From positions 24,979 to 88,978 of the forward strand of contig MFRW01000009.1 in the NCBI GenBank assembly GCA_001786575.1: 64,000 nt of DNA, written 5' to 3'. Positions 16,766 through 25,911 of this stretch are shown here, in pieces. The position numbers were made by a program, and so were the translations under genes. Below the pieces are notes generated by a model. The model was not told where the DNA came from. It ran no database searches and saw nothing but the letters and a program-made list of their open reading frames with translations. The stretch is from Candidatus Moranbacteria bacterium RIFCSPHIGHO2_01_FULL_55_24. GTDB lineage: Bacteria; Patescibacteriota; Minisyncoccia; Moranbacterales; UBA1568. The stretch's first letter is position 1; each line of letters opens with the position of its first letter.

Positions 16766-16794
16766 ATTATAGCAAAATTCGCTATTTATGTCAA
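16766..16794 (-). promoter_or_regulatory. consensus sigma70 promoter TTGACA-17-TGcTATAAT
   Basis: Minus strand cattgacataaatagcgaattttgctataatatattg, about 90 nt upstream of the secreted-protein gene. Confidence 0.55.
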
Positions 16795-16859
16795 TGATAC
16801 TAGTCTGTTAAGAAAAAAGAAAGCCACGACTTCGGAGAAGCCGTGGCGAAACAAGGAAG

Positions 16860-17615
16860 CTAGTTCGAAAGCGCCCGGAGAGTTTTCTTCCGGAGACAAG
16901 CGATTTTCCCGAAAAAGGCATGTGAGTCATTCTCGGAGTTATCCCCTAATCGGAGTCTTTCGACAGTGGTCGGCAGGATATCCAGCGTGATCCGCGTGTT
17001 TTCAGAGAGGTTCTGCCCGATAAGCACTAGCTGGCCGTTCAGTCTGGAGGAACAGCCGTCCAGGAAACGTTGGAGATCGTGGACGTCGTTCCAGTCGACT
17101 TCCACCAGCTTCACGTGGTGCATGTATTCCTGATTGCGGAGCATTTCCGCCATGCGCGGATTCTGGGTATCCATGACCTGGGAAATCCGCAGCCGGAGCC
17201 GCAGATTTTTATCATAGTACCGGGGATTGGTGTAGAAACGTTCGTAATCGTACCCGAAATCATGAAGTTCACTGATATCTAGCGATCCTGTGATCTTCCG
17301 GAAGTCATACATCCATTGAAGGATGTCATCTGCGCTGGAATAGATCATGTGGGCATTGACGATTGCCGGGTCACTACCCTTCCTCTGCATGAGATCGTCC
17401 AGTGTGGGCAGCAGGGCTTTTTCCAGGAAGCCGAATGAAGACACCGGGATGCGCCACCTGGAAACGGAATCGACATCCCAGTTCAAGAGCGGCACGACCT
17501 TCAGGGCTATGAATTTCAGTTCCAAAGCTTTCTTCCAAGTCCTCTCTACGGAAAGTATGGCGACTGGAAACAGCATATAGTTGGATATGGCTATCCTCTT
17601 GCTGGCGTGTTGCAT
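16860..17615 (-). CDS. hypothetical protein (251 aa)
   Basis: ATG 17615 preceded by aaagggg. No recognisable domain. The track ORF extends to 17798 but would overlap the upstream small gene. Confidence 0.5.
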   Translation of the reverse strand: MQHASKRIAISNYMLFPVAILSVERTWKKALELKFIALKVVPLLNWDVDSVSRWRIPVSSFGFLEKALLPTLDDLMQRKGSDPAIVNAHMIYSSADDILQWMYDFRKITGSLDISELHDFGYDYERFYTNPRYYDKNLRLRLRISQVMDTQNPRMAEMLRNQEYMHHVKLVEVDWNDVHDLQRFLDGCSSRLNGQLVLIGQNLSENTRITLDILPTTVERLRLGDNSENDSHAFFGKIACLRKKTLRALSN

Positions 17616-17655
17616 GATCGTTCCCCTTTCGAGCGTTGGATGTCGGCTTTTCCGT

Positions 17656-17889
17656 TCAGCCGGCGAAGAAATGGAAATCGATGCTTCGTATAGCGAAGCC
17701 GATGGATATGCATAGCAACAGCAGGATGACGATACTGACAGAACCCCGGAAGACGCTATTCCTGCGCCCGGCCGATATCGAGAACAGCAGGTATGCAATA
17801 ACTACGATCCCGATAAGCACGAACAAAGCGATGATTATCAGTCCGATAGAGACTGTGATAGCTTGCAATACAAGATAGGGTTCTGACAC
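17656..17889 (-). CDS. small two-TM membrane protein (77 aa, GTG start)
   Basis: SD gaGGAGaagaaac GTG. Highly hydrophobic. Confidence 0.4.
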   Translation of the reverse strand: MSEPYLVLQAITVSIGLIIIALFVLIGIVVIAYLLFSISAGRRNSVFRGSVSIVILLLLCISIGFAIRSIDFHFFAG

Positions 17890-17983
17890 GTTTCTTCTCC
17901 TCTGGTAGCTTGGGATTTCTTAAAGAGCTACTTTTGGAATACCAAAGCTGGCATCCGGATGTCAAGGATTTTTCCATATAAAA

Positions 17984-18008
17984 ATCACCCGATGGGTATC
18001 AGGTGATT
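17984..18008 (-). terminator. Rho-independent terminator
   Basis: aatcacc-N9-ggtgatt, then tttttatat on the minus strand. A 14-nt perfect palindrome gcctgaattcaggc sits at 18020-18033. Confidence 0.55.
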
Positions 18009-18037
18009 GAGGGGAATTGGTGCCTGAATTCAGGCGA

Positions 18038-18160
18038 TTAGGGCAGCTTTCCGCTGTTTTTGGAAAACCATACCCTTAGGAAATGTGCTGCTAGGCAGAG
18101 AACGCCTATTCCGGCGATAATGCCCGCAGGGAGACTTATTAGTGCAGAATACTGTGCCAT
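18038..18160 (-). CDS. small hydrophobic peptide (40 aa) downstream of the ferredoxin gene
   Basis: AGGAGGatggatt ATG. Encodes MAQYSALISLPAGIIAGIGVLCLAAHFLRVWFSKNSGKLP. Confidence 0.4.
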   Translation of the reverse strand: MAQYSALISLPAGIIAGIGVLCLAAHFLRVWFSKNSGKLP

Positions 18161-18227
18161 AATCCATCCTCCTAGAGGTTTGCGGATTCGAGGTACTGAC
18201 TTCGGTATAGCACCTTCCCGCTCTATG

Positions 18228-18560
18228 TCAAAGCTTGTCGATGCTGTCGAGCACGTCATCGAGCGCGTCGAGTGGTTTGGATCCCAGACCGTCGGCCTTG
18301 CAGGACGGGTCGCGGAGCTCCTGGCGCACCGTCTCTACCGCGAGGAACGGCTTTACGCCCTTCACGATATTGTCGTTGATGGCGATATTCGGCCCCATCT
18401 TGCAGTAGCCGAAGCAGTCGGATACCTTCAAAACGACCGCCTCATCCGGAAACAGCCCTTCCTTCAGGTTCTCGTAGATCTGCTCGCTCCCCTTCGCTCG
18501 GCAATCCTTGTGCACGCAGACCTTGATAGTGGCGATAGACTTCGGTTTATTTTCAGACAT
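18228..18560 (-). CDS. thioredoxin-like [2Fe-2S] ferredoxin
   Basis: Four-Cys pattern CVHKDC...CFGYC in a roughly 100-aa thioredoxin-like fold (NuoE/HndA-type ferredoxin family). Confidence 0.65.
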   Translation of the reverse strand: MSENKPKSIATIKVCVHKDCRAKGSEQIYENLKEGLFPDEAVVLKVSDCFGYCKMGPNIAINDNIVKGVKPFLAVETVRQELRDPSCKADGLGSKPLDALDDVLDSIDKL

Positions 18561-18648
18561 AAGTTTCTTGACTTCCTAGTGTACCCGTGGTAGACGGAAA
18601 GTACAAGAGGCCTTCAGGTCTTTAACAATATATAGGGAGAAACATGTC

Positions 18649-19122
18649 ATGACTGGATTTATCGATGCCGATCAAGTGCACCCTCTGTTCGTTATACACA
18701 AACCAGGGAAAGACCTGTCCGCCGGAGAAATCGATGTCATGAAAAGCCTCTGGGCGCACGCACCGTTTGGGGAGTGGGACATCAATCCGGCAAGCATCTA
18801 TTTCCTGGGCCGGGAAAAAGATGCCGAGGGTCCGGCGGTCACCACGCTTACGCTCTCTCTCGGGCAGGATATTCCCGGGGAAATATGGAAGCTGGAGAAG
18901 TTCGTGACGAGCAGCTGCCTCCGGAAGCATGGCTACGGCACCGAGCTTCTCGAGCACGCTCTGGTATATGCCAAGGATTGGTCCGAAGCGTCCTACGTAC
19001 AGCTCATCTGCCGGAAAAAAACACAGCAGGTGATCCGAATCTGCGAAAAGCTCGGCTTCGAGCTCGCAGAGGAAATCCCTTACGATGTCCCTCTGCTTAG
19101 GTATCTCTATTCTCTCCGATGA
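18649..19122 (+). CDS. GNAT family N-acetyltransferase
   Basis: Acetyl-CoA binding motif RKHGYGTELLEHAL. SD agggag upstream. Confidence 0.7.
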   Translation: MTGFIDADQVHPLFVIHKPGKDLSAGEIDVMKSLWAHAPFGEWDINPASIYFLGREKDAEGPAVTTLTLSLGQDIPGEIWKLEKFVTSSCLRKHGYGTELLEHALVYAKDWSEASYVQLICRKKTQQVIRICEKLGFELAEEIPYDVPLLRYLYSLR

Positions 19123-19233
19123 AACTTCATCTCAACCTCAAAGAGGTGTCCCCGCGACACCTCTTTTTATTTGGTCGATGAGATATAGGCGCTTACCCGA
19201 AAATCAGGCTTTTTCAAGGATTTTGAAATCACC

Positions 19234-19686
19234 TTATTTCAGGATCATCGAAGACTTTCTTCCCTTGAAAGCCTTCTCGATCTGTTTCTTGGTCAGGTGG
19301 AGAAATGCGAGGTCGACATCAGCATAGTGCCGGCCGGTCTGGATCTTGCCGTTTTTCATTTCAAGGACGATCACCTGGGGTGTCCGATAGACTTTTTTCG
19401 TTTTCGGATCTGGATAGGATTCTACAAGCTCTATCATGACGAGATCTTTTCCTTCAGCGATGTTCTTGATGTCATATTCTCGACCCTTGATCTTGTAGAC
19501 TTTCCCCATCGCTTTTTTCAAGTCTTTGGAAGAAACTGATGGGAAGATCTTTCCTTGTCTCTCCTCTACCCAGGTCATCGAATAATCGGGAGCCATCTTT
19601 TTCAGAGCAGCAGAAACATCCCCATTGATTTCATCCTGGAGAATTTCTAGGACAGTTTTGATGTTTTTTGAGGATTTCTTTGTCAT
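19234..19686 (-). CDS. hypothetical protein (150 aa), AT-richer than the surroundings
   Basis: Protein-like ORF. Possibly an NTF2/SnoaL-like fold (not verifiable by eye). Confidence 0.5.
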   Translation of the reverse strand: MTKKSSKNIKTVLEILQDEINGDVSAALKKMAPDYSMTWVEERQGKIFPSVSSKDLKKAMGKVYKIKGREYDIKNIAEGKDLVMIELVESYPDPKTKKVYRTPQVIVLEMKNGKIQTGRHYADVDLAFLHLTKKQIEKAFKGRKSSMILK

Positions 19687-19774
19687 ATGTAAGAATTTGA
19701 GTAAAAAAAGAGGTGGAGATTATTCAGATTGTGCTGATTTATCTCCACCTGTGTTATAGCATTTTATCGCTTGT

Positions 19775-20452
19775 TTAAGCAACTTGCGCCGCACTTGTCG
19801 GCTCATCGACCAATGAACCAGCCTTGATCCATTGATACCACGATTCGGTCGACAGAAGTGCTGATGCGAGGAATTCTTCTTGGAATTCCGCGAAACCGTG
19901 GTAGAGTCGAGCGAAATCGATCTTGAAGCTTCCTGCCTGGTTTTCTTCAACCGCTCGGTTGAATGAACCGCTTTCGATCGTACGAGAGAGGGATTGAATT
20001 GATGCTCTCGCCCCCGAAGAGTATTCTTTGAGGCATTCGACTTGCTCAAAATAATGACGCAAGACGTCCCTGAAAGATCCAGTCAGGCGAAGCTTCGTCA
20101 TTTGATCCCACTTCGCCGGATTCACTGCCTGTGACCGAGTAAGTGAATACCCGACACTTCCCCAGTTAATCTGATTAACGGAAGGAGGCTCCCAGCCGCG
20201 TTCAGTCGCATAGCGATCCGAAATGGATCTGAGATGATCGTTCATCTCATCCAAGTGGCGCTCGCAGTGGTCGAGATGATAGATGATCTCCTGCGGATTT
20301 CCTTGCCCGCTCTGCTCAAGTTCGTTGAGGAGGACATCCTCGATAACAACATTCGCGCTTTCGAGAGATATCCTCGCAAGACTGAGCGCCCTTGAAAGGC
20401 GCGTTGAGTCGGGAAGGTATTTGTTGCAGGGTTGATGGTTTACGCCACCCAT
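19775..20452 (-). CDS. hypothetical protein (225 aa)
   Basis: Long ORF with no known motifs. Confidence 0.5.
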   Translation of the reverse strand: MGGVNHQPCNKYLPDSTRLSRALSLARISLESANVVIEDVLLNELEQSGQGNPQEIIYHLDHCERHLDEMNDHLRSISDRYATERGWEPPSVNQINWGSVGYSLTRSQAVNPAKWDQMTKLRLTGSFRDVLRHYFEQVECLKEYSSGARASIQSLSRTIESGSFNRAVEENQAGSFKIDFARLYHGFAEFQEEFLASALLSTESWYQWIKAGSLVDEPTSAAQVA

Positions 20453-20553
20453 AAATGGCTCCTCTGGTTTGAGAAAAGAACAGGTTCAAGATTTAGAACT
20501 CTCTAAATCCGAATCCGTGTAAACTATAGAATATTTTCAGCATTTTGTCAATA

Positions 20554-20853
20554 CTAAGCTTTGGCCTCAAAGCCGATGGATTTATGCTCGGGAGCTGCAG
20601 CAGCTTCCAAGTTTCCGAACTGATCTTCGTACTTCTTGAGGTTTTCCTGCATCGCAGTCACCATGCGTTTGAAGTGTCCAGGACTGACGATGACGCGGGA
20701 ATTGAGGGTTCCTGTAGGAGGGAAGACATTCATGAAATCAATCACAAATTCTTCTTTGGTATGGAAGATATTCGCGATATTGGAATACTCCCCTTTTAAT
20801 TTCTCATCCGACGTCTTAATTTGAATCTGCTGATTTTGAGAGTTACTTTGCAT
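20554..20853 (-). CDS. DUF3467-like small protein (99 aa)
   Basis: Pattern YSN.ANI.HT.EEFVIDF...SRV.VSP.HFKRM..A.QENLKKYE..FG resembles DUF3467 family members. AT-rich. Confidence 0.55.
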   Translation of the reverse strand: MQSNSQNQQIQIKTSDEKLKGEYSNIANIFHTKEEFVIDFMNVFPPTGTLNSRVIVSPGHFKRMVTAMQENLKKYEDQFGNLEAAAAPEHKSIGFEAKA

Positions 20854-20859
20854 AGAATT

Positions 20860-21225
20860 TTATTTAATTAAGAGGTTAAGTAGCTTGAATAAATTTAGTA
20901 TCACTCTTCCAGAATAATAAAAGATGAGTGACGCCATAATAAAGAGGATTATCGATACAAGTATTGGATGTATCTGTTTCTTAAAAAGAGATTTAATCGA
21001 ACCTATAAGATCCTTTTGTTTCTTAAATTCTTTCAATAACTCCCTGTATATAAATGTTGCAAAATCTAGAAATATGATGCTTGTAATTATGAATAGGAGA
21101 AAGAATATCAAAATCACAACATCTCCTTGTTCGACACCTTTTTTGCCTTTACTATAAACTAACACCCCATAGATTAACATTGACAGCAATAGAAAAAGTT
21201 TTGAAATTGGGGTATTCCCAAACAT
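20860..21225 (-). CDS. hypothetical polytopic membrane protein in a strongly AT-rich segment
   Basis: Hydrophobic segments separated by Lys-rich loops. Codon usage is strongly AT-biased unlike neighbouring genes. Confidence 0.5.
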   Translation of the reverse strand: MFGNTPISKLFLLLSMLIYGVLVYSKGKKGVEQGDVVILIFFLLFIITSIIFLDFATFIYRELLKEFKKQKDLIGSIKSLFKKQIHPILVSIILFIMASLIFYYSGRVILNLFKLLNLLIK

Positions 21226-21337
21226 TAAAATAACCTTTTCGAACCATGAAGAAGTTTTATATATATATCGTCAGTGCTCGTTTTGGCACCATCAAGCTTA
21301 TAGCTCCCTTCTTGCCCAGTAGTCTCTGCCATAGATC

Positions 21338-21712
21338 TTATATTCTTTTAACAACAGTGAAAGGGATTTTTTTAACAATAGCGCCATTAACAAGAATGTC
21401 TAGAGAGTAATTTCCATCCGTCTTAAACTCCGTATTGTTTAATTGTCCAATGACACCTAAATCCGTGTTGGAATTGTGGATGGGTATCTCTTCTTTATGA
21501 TGCGCTATTGTTTCTTCTCCTAAGGTTATTCTTATTTCCTCCGTATAATTTCCGGGATCAGAAAAATGTATGTTAGTTACTACATACATTTGAGGATGAA
21601 CATAGGGAAATGTAGAAGAGTTAATGTTCTCAAAAATACCTAAAACATTTAACTTTCCAGCAGAAAGCGATGCATAATCACAAAGATGTGCAAAATTTAG
21701 TGTATAGTTCAT
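21338..21712 (-). CDS. hypothetical protein (124 aa), AT-rich
   Basis: N/T/I-rich protein. No known domain. Confidence 0.5.
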   Translation of the reverse strand: MNYTLNFAHLCDYASLSAGKLNVLGIFENINSSTFPYVHPQMYVVTNIHFSDPGNYTEEIRITLGEETIAHHKEEIPIHNSNTDLGVIGQLNNTEFKTDGNYSLDILVNGAIVKKIPFTVVKRI

Positions 21713-21756
21713 ATTTTTTTATAAAGGCGGAGCATCCTATGCTCCGCCTTTATTTT
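21712..21756. terminator. strong bidirectional terminator between dnaK and the AT-rich islet
   Basis: tttttttat-aaaggcggagcat-cct-atgctccgccttt-atttt with a 13-bp stem. Confidence 0.7.
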
Positions 21757-21760
21757 ACTC

Positions 21761-23680
21761 CTATTTCTTCTCTTCGTCAGCCTTGTCCTCTTCTACTTCG
21801 GCGTCTTTGGCTTGGCTCGACGAAGCCTCGGCGGAGTCGGCTTGAGGCTCTGCTCCTTCAGCTGGCTGGGCCGCCTCTTGCGAAGCAGCATAGAGCTTCT
21901 GGCCGATGGCCTGGGCGGCGGTCGAGAGGGCCTCTGTCGCGGCCTTGATGGCTGTGAGGTCATCGCCATTCTTCACCTTGTTCAGCTCCTCGATCTTCTC
22001 CTGGACCGGTTTCCTCTCTTCTTCCGTCAGCTTGTCGCCGGCGTCTTTGATAGCCTTCTCGGTGGTGTACGAGAGCGTGTCAGCCATGTTGCGGGCTTCG
22101 ATCAGTTCTTTCTTCTTCTTGTCTTCCTCGGCGTGTAGCTCGGCGTCCTTCTGCATGCGCTCGATCTCGTCCTTGGAAAGGCCGGTCGAGGCTTCGATGC
22201 GGATGGACTGGGTCTTGCCGCTCGCCTTGTCCTTGGCGGTTACCGAGAGGATACCGGAAGCGTCGATGTCGAAAGTAACTTCGACTTGCGGTACGCCGCG
22301 CGGAGCCGGCGGGATACCGTCGAGGATGAAGCGGCCGAGTGATTTGTTGTCAGCGGCCATTTCGCGCTCGCCCTGGAGGACATGGATGTCTACCTGGGGC
22401 TGGTTGTCGGAAGCGGTCGAGAAGACCTGGCTCCGTGAGACCGGGACAGTCGTATTGCGCTCGATGAGCGGCGTGCGCACGCCTCCCATGGTCTCGATGC
22501 CGAAGGTGAGCGGCGTGACGTCCAAGAGGAGCACGTCCTTCACGCTTCCTTCCAAGACACCTCCCTGGATAGCGGCGCCCATGGCGACCACTTCGTCAGG
22601 GTTCACGGTGATGTTCGGTTTCTTGCCGAAGAACTTCTCTACCGTCTGGAGGACGAGCGGCATGCGGGTCATGCCTCCCACCATGACGATCTCGTTGATG
22701 TCGCTTGCGGAAAGCTTGGCATCCGCCAGAGCCTTCTTCACCGGCTCAAGCGTCGCCTCGACCAGGTCATGGACGAGCTCTTCCATCTTGGCGCGAGTGA
22801 GCTTCAGCACCAGGTGCTTGGGGCCGTTGGCGTCAGAAGTGATGAAGGGCTGGTTGATCTCGGTGTCCTGGGCGGTCGAAAGCTCGATCTTCGCCTTCTC
22901 TGCCGCTTCCTTGATGCGCTGGAGCGCGAGAGGGTCTTTGCCGAGGTCGATTCCCTCCTGTTTCTTGAATTCGTCGATGATCCAATGGATGATGCGCTGG
23001 TCGAAGTCGTCTCCTCCGAGGTGGGTGTCGCCGTTCGTGGACTTCACTTCCACCGTGTCTGCTGCCACTTCGAGAATGGAAATGTCGAAGGTGCCTCCTC
23101 CGAGGTCATAGACCGCGATCTTCTCGTCTTTTTTCTTGTTGAATCCGTAGGCCAGCGCTGCGGCGGTCGGTTCGTTGATGATGCGGCGCACGTTGAGTCC
23201 CGCGATCTCGCCGGCTTCCATGGTGGCCTTGCGCTGGGAATCGTCGAAGTAGGCCGGAACGGTGATGACAGCGTCAGTGATCTTCTCGCCGAGCTTCTCT
23301 TCGGCATCGGTCTTCAGCTTCTGGAGGATCATGGCGCTGATCTCCTGCGGAGTGTACTCCTTGCCGCCCATGATGACCTTCACGCCTTCGCCGGCCTGGA
23401 TGATCTTGTAGGGAAGGGTTTTCAGATCGCGCTGGACTTCCTCGTCATTGAAGTGCCGTCCAATGAGGCGCTTGATGGAAAAGAGCGTGTCGCCCGGGTT
23501 GGTGACAGCCTGACGCTTGGCGAGAAGCCCCACGAGGCGTTCGCCGGTCTTGGAAATCGCCACCATCGACGGCGTGGTGCGATTACCTTCCTTGTTCTCT
23601 ATGATTGTCGGGCTGCCTCCCTCGACGATAGCCATCGCGGAGTTGGTGGTGCCCAAATCGATTCCGAGGATCTTTGACAT
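21761..23680 (-). CDS. dnaK: molecular chaperone DnaK (Hsp70)
   Basis: [16 protein letters not shown] and [10 protein letters not shown] signatures across the full length. Confidence 0.97.
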   Translation of the reverse strand: MSKILGIDLGTTNSAMAIVEGGSPTIIENKEGNRTTPSMVAISKTGERLVGLLAKRQAVTNPGDTLFSIKRLIGRHFNDEEVQRDLKTLPYKIIQAGEGVKVIMGGKEYTPQEISAMILQKLKTDAEEKLGEKITDAVITVPAYFDDSQRKATMEAGEIAGLNVRRIINEPTAAALAYGFNKKKDEKIAVYDLGGGTFDISILEVAADTVEVKSTNGDTHLGGDDFDQRIIHWIIDEFKKQEGIDLGKDPLALQRIKEAAEKAKIELSTAQDTEINQPFITSDANGPKHLVLKLTRAKMEELVHDLVEATLEPVKKALADAKLSASDINEIVMVGGMTRMPLVLQTVEKFFGKKPNITVNPDEVVAMGAAIQGGVLEGSVKDVLLLDVTPLTFGIETMGGVRTPLIERNTTVPVSRSQVFSTASDNQPQVDIHVLQGEREMAADNKSLGRFILDGIPPAPRGVPQVEVTFDIDASGILSVTAKDKASGKTQSIRIEASTGLSKDEIERMQKDAELHAEEDKKKKELIEARNMADTLSYTTEKAIKDAGDKLTEEERKPVQEKIEELNKVKNGDDLTAIKAATEALSTAAQAIGQKLYAASQEAAQPAEGAEPQADSAEASSSQAKDAEVEEDKADEEKK

Positions 23681-23705
23681 ATGTTTGCTGTATTAATACT
23701 TGAGA

Positions 23706-24212
23706 TTATTTGACGCTTACCTTCGCCGGCCGGATGACCCGTTCACCGAGAGCGTAGCCTTTCTGATGCATCTTGGTGATGAGGTTCTCTTCAGCTTCGC
23801 CTTCGATGGCTTCGTGCTTCGCGGGGTCGAATGCCTCCCCTTCACCTGCTTCTATCGCTTGGACACCGTTTTCCTTGAGGACGTCCTCGAGCTGCTTCTG
23901 GATGTACTGGATACCGACTATCCAAGGACTTTTCTTCTGGTCTTCCGGCACGTGCTGGGTCGCGGCATTGAAGTTGTCGAGGACCGGGATGATGTCGAGC
24001 ACGAGCTTCTCTATCAGGTAGCCGCCGAGCTCTTTCTGGGATTCCGTCTGGCGCTTCTTGTAATTCTCGAAGTCTGCTTTCAGGCGTTTCAGGTCATCGA
24101 GGTATTCGTCTGCTTTGGCCTGCCAATCGGTTTCTTGTATCGCTTCTCTGGTTTCCGGTTCTTGCGGTTCGGGCGTTTCCTTTTCTTCCTTGGGCTTCTT
24201 TTTGTGTTCCAT
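23706..24212 (-). CDS. grpE: nucleotide exchange factor GrpE
   Basis: GrpE coiled-coil plus beta-domain pattern (LKRLKADFENYKKR...PAKV). Sits between hrcA and dnaK. Confidence 0.9.
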   Translation of the reverse strand: MEHKKKPKEEKETPEPQEPETREAIQETDWQAKADEYLDDLKRLKADFENYKKRQTESQKELGGYLIEKLVLDIIPVLDNFNAATQHVPEDQKKSPWIVGIQYIQKQLEDVLKENGVQAIEAGEGEAFDPAKHEAIEGEAEENLITKMHQKGYALGERVIRPAKVSVK

Positions 24213-24216
24213 ACGG

Positions 24217-24960
24217 TTACAGGATGTTAATGGCTACGATAGTGACGAGAGCGGATGAGGAGAGGAGTTTCTTCATATATTCGATGAGGGATTTGTTCTT
24301 GGCGTACTTCATGCGCTTGGGGCCGATGATGGCGAGGACGCCGGTGCCTTCGTCGGTCTGGTACGGGGCCACCACCATGGCGCAGTTGGAGATCTCTCGG
24401 ATCGGGTTCTCGGCGCCGATGAAGATATGGGTCTCCCCGTCCGAGAGCTTGCCTAGGAGCTGTTCCAGCTTCACATCGAGGGAATCGAGGGTTTCTACCA
24501 GGCGGCAGAGGTCGTCGATCTCGCGGAATTCCGGGTTCTCCATAAGCTCTTTCATCCCGAAGTCGTAGAACTCTTCCTTGTCGATGATGCTGGAGACAGC
24601 GAGGTTGCCGGAGAGAGCCGAGAGGAGTTTGACAGTACTCCTGCCGAGGCGGGCCTGTTTGGCTTTCAGCACGAGGAGTTCTTTCTGAAGCTGCTGCTGT
24701 TCTGTCTTCGAAAGCGTCTCTTCCCCCATCATCTGCTCGACATAGAAGCGATAGCCCTGGTCGGTCGGGATGCGTCCGGCGGAGACGTGCGGCTGGTACA
24801 GGTAGCCGGATTCCTCGAGTGCGACCATGTCGTTTCGGAGTGTTGCCGAGCTGACGGGGAACTGGAAGCGGTCCAGAAGCGCCTGCGATCCGACGGGAAT
24901 AGCTGTTTCGGTGTAGAGCTCGACGATCGCGGACAGAACTTGCTGTTGGCGTGAGTTCAT
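24217..24960 (-). CDS. hrcA: heat-inducible transcriptional repressor HrcA (short form)
   Basis: N-terminal winged-HTH LSAIVELYTETAIPVGSQAL and HrcA C-terminal domain. CIRCE operator lies immediately upstream. Confidence 0.85.
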   Translation of the reverse strand: MNSRQQQVLSAIVELYTETAIPVGSQALLDRFQFPVSSATLRNDMVALEESGYLYQPHVSAGRIPTDQGYRFYVEQMMGEETLSKTEQQQLQKELLVLKAKQARLGRSTVKLLSALSGNLAVSSIIDKEEFYDFGMKELMENPEFREIDDLCRLVETLDSLDVKLEQLLGKLSDGETHIFIGAENPIREISNCAMVVAPYQTDEGTGVLAIIGPKRMKYAKNKSLIEYMKKLLSSSALVTIVAINIL

Positions 24961-24990
24961 GCGGATAGCTTTATATGTCTGATCACATTC

Positions 24991-25019
24991 AGTATAAAAA
25001 ACTCTTTAGCAGTCGTCAA
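24991..25019 (-). promoter_or_regulatory. hrcA-grpE-dnaK promoter TTGACG-17-TATACT
   Basis: Minus strand cTTGACGactgctaaagagtttttTATACT. The -35 overlaps the CIRCE left arm. Confidence 0.6.
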
Positions 25020-25032
25020 GAGCGAGTGCTAA
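25006..25032. promoter_or_regulatory. CIRCE operator (HrcA binding site)
   Basis: TTAGCAGTC-N9-GAGTGCTAA matches the TTAGCACTC-N9-GAGTGCTAA consensus with one mismatch. Confidence 0.8.
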
Positions 25033-25051
25033 AGAATGAGGGAAAAGGAAA

Positions 25052-25078
25052 AGGGAGTCCTTTGCGAGGGACTCCCTA
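25052..25078 (-). terminator. hairpin terminator (gggagtccc-tttgcga-gggactccc)
   Basis: 9-bp stem, then on the minus strand ttttccttttccc. Lies downstream of the Cys-rich small gene. Confidence 0.5.
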
Positions 25079-25093
25079 TCAGGGCGCGATGCG

Positions 25094-25303
25094 CTAATTG
25101 TAGCATGGGTTCTGACAGTTGCCGCATACGTCATCGGCGTTCTTGACGTCGTTTTCGAGGACTTCTTCGAGCGCGTATGTCCGATGGACGCGCGCTTGGA
25201 GGCGACAGCAGTAGATCAGGGTGTTGGGGTTCTCCGGGCGTTCCCCTACCACTTTGTGTGTGGTAGCGGGTGCGGCGGCCGGTGCAGATGCTGCGAGTGG
25301 CAT
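25094..25303 (-). CDS. small Cys-rich protein (69 aa)
   Basis: SD gGGAGAGAGGAgatttt ATG. Seven Cys in total, including a CC pair and the clusters CGNCQNPC and CEYVL. The track ORF extends to 25369. Confidence 0.45.
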   Translation of the reverse strand: MPLAASAPAAAPATTHKVVGERPENPNTLIYCCRLQARVHRTYALEEVLENDVKNADDVCGNCQNPCYN

Positions 25304-25911
25304 AAAATCTCCTCTCTCCCTAGAAAGAACATACTCACACTTATACTCCCCAAAAGGCTTTTTGTCCAATAAAAAAAAGGGAGTCAGTGACTCCCTTTAG
25401 GATAGGCGCGATATGGCTTAATTGCTTTCAGCCATTCTGCGATTTTGGCGCCGGGTGGCCTTGGAACTCCCGTGGGTCGATGAATCCCGCTTTTTGCGCG
25501 GTCGGGACTTCTTGAAGAAGCGTACCAGGATTTTCTGGAGTCCGCAGCGATGCCCGAAACTTTCGGTAAGGGCCCGATGTTCTTCGAGGAAACAAGTACG
25601 ATAGGACGTTACGTCGTAACGGCCTTGGATACCGAATAGCATAAAGTTCTCCCTTTTGTGGGTTTACTTCTTGCGTTGCGATTTCCTCTTCCTGCTCCGG
25701 ATGCGGAGCGATCGTTTTTGTTTTCCGAGAGATATCTTGGCGGAAGGAAGCTTGGGCCTCCTCGGCCGTGAGAACGGACCACTTCCTTCGTGGCTTAAAA
25801 GTGGGAAAAGTGCTCCTCCTAGAGAGTGGAACATGTTGCGGAAAAATCCGCCAAAAAGAGATCGAAACGTAATGAACACCCCCTTTCTCTGACTAGATTG
25901 TGAATGAACGG

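Noticed and set aside
25741-25752. GGAAGGAAGC string resembling the SRP-RNA (4.5S) helix-8 GGAA tetraloop region.
   Set aside because: The flanks (ttggc...ttggg) cannot form the closing C-G pairs or the symmetric/asymmetric internal loops of helix 8. Likely coincidence. Needs an Infernal scan to be sure.
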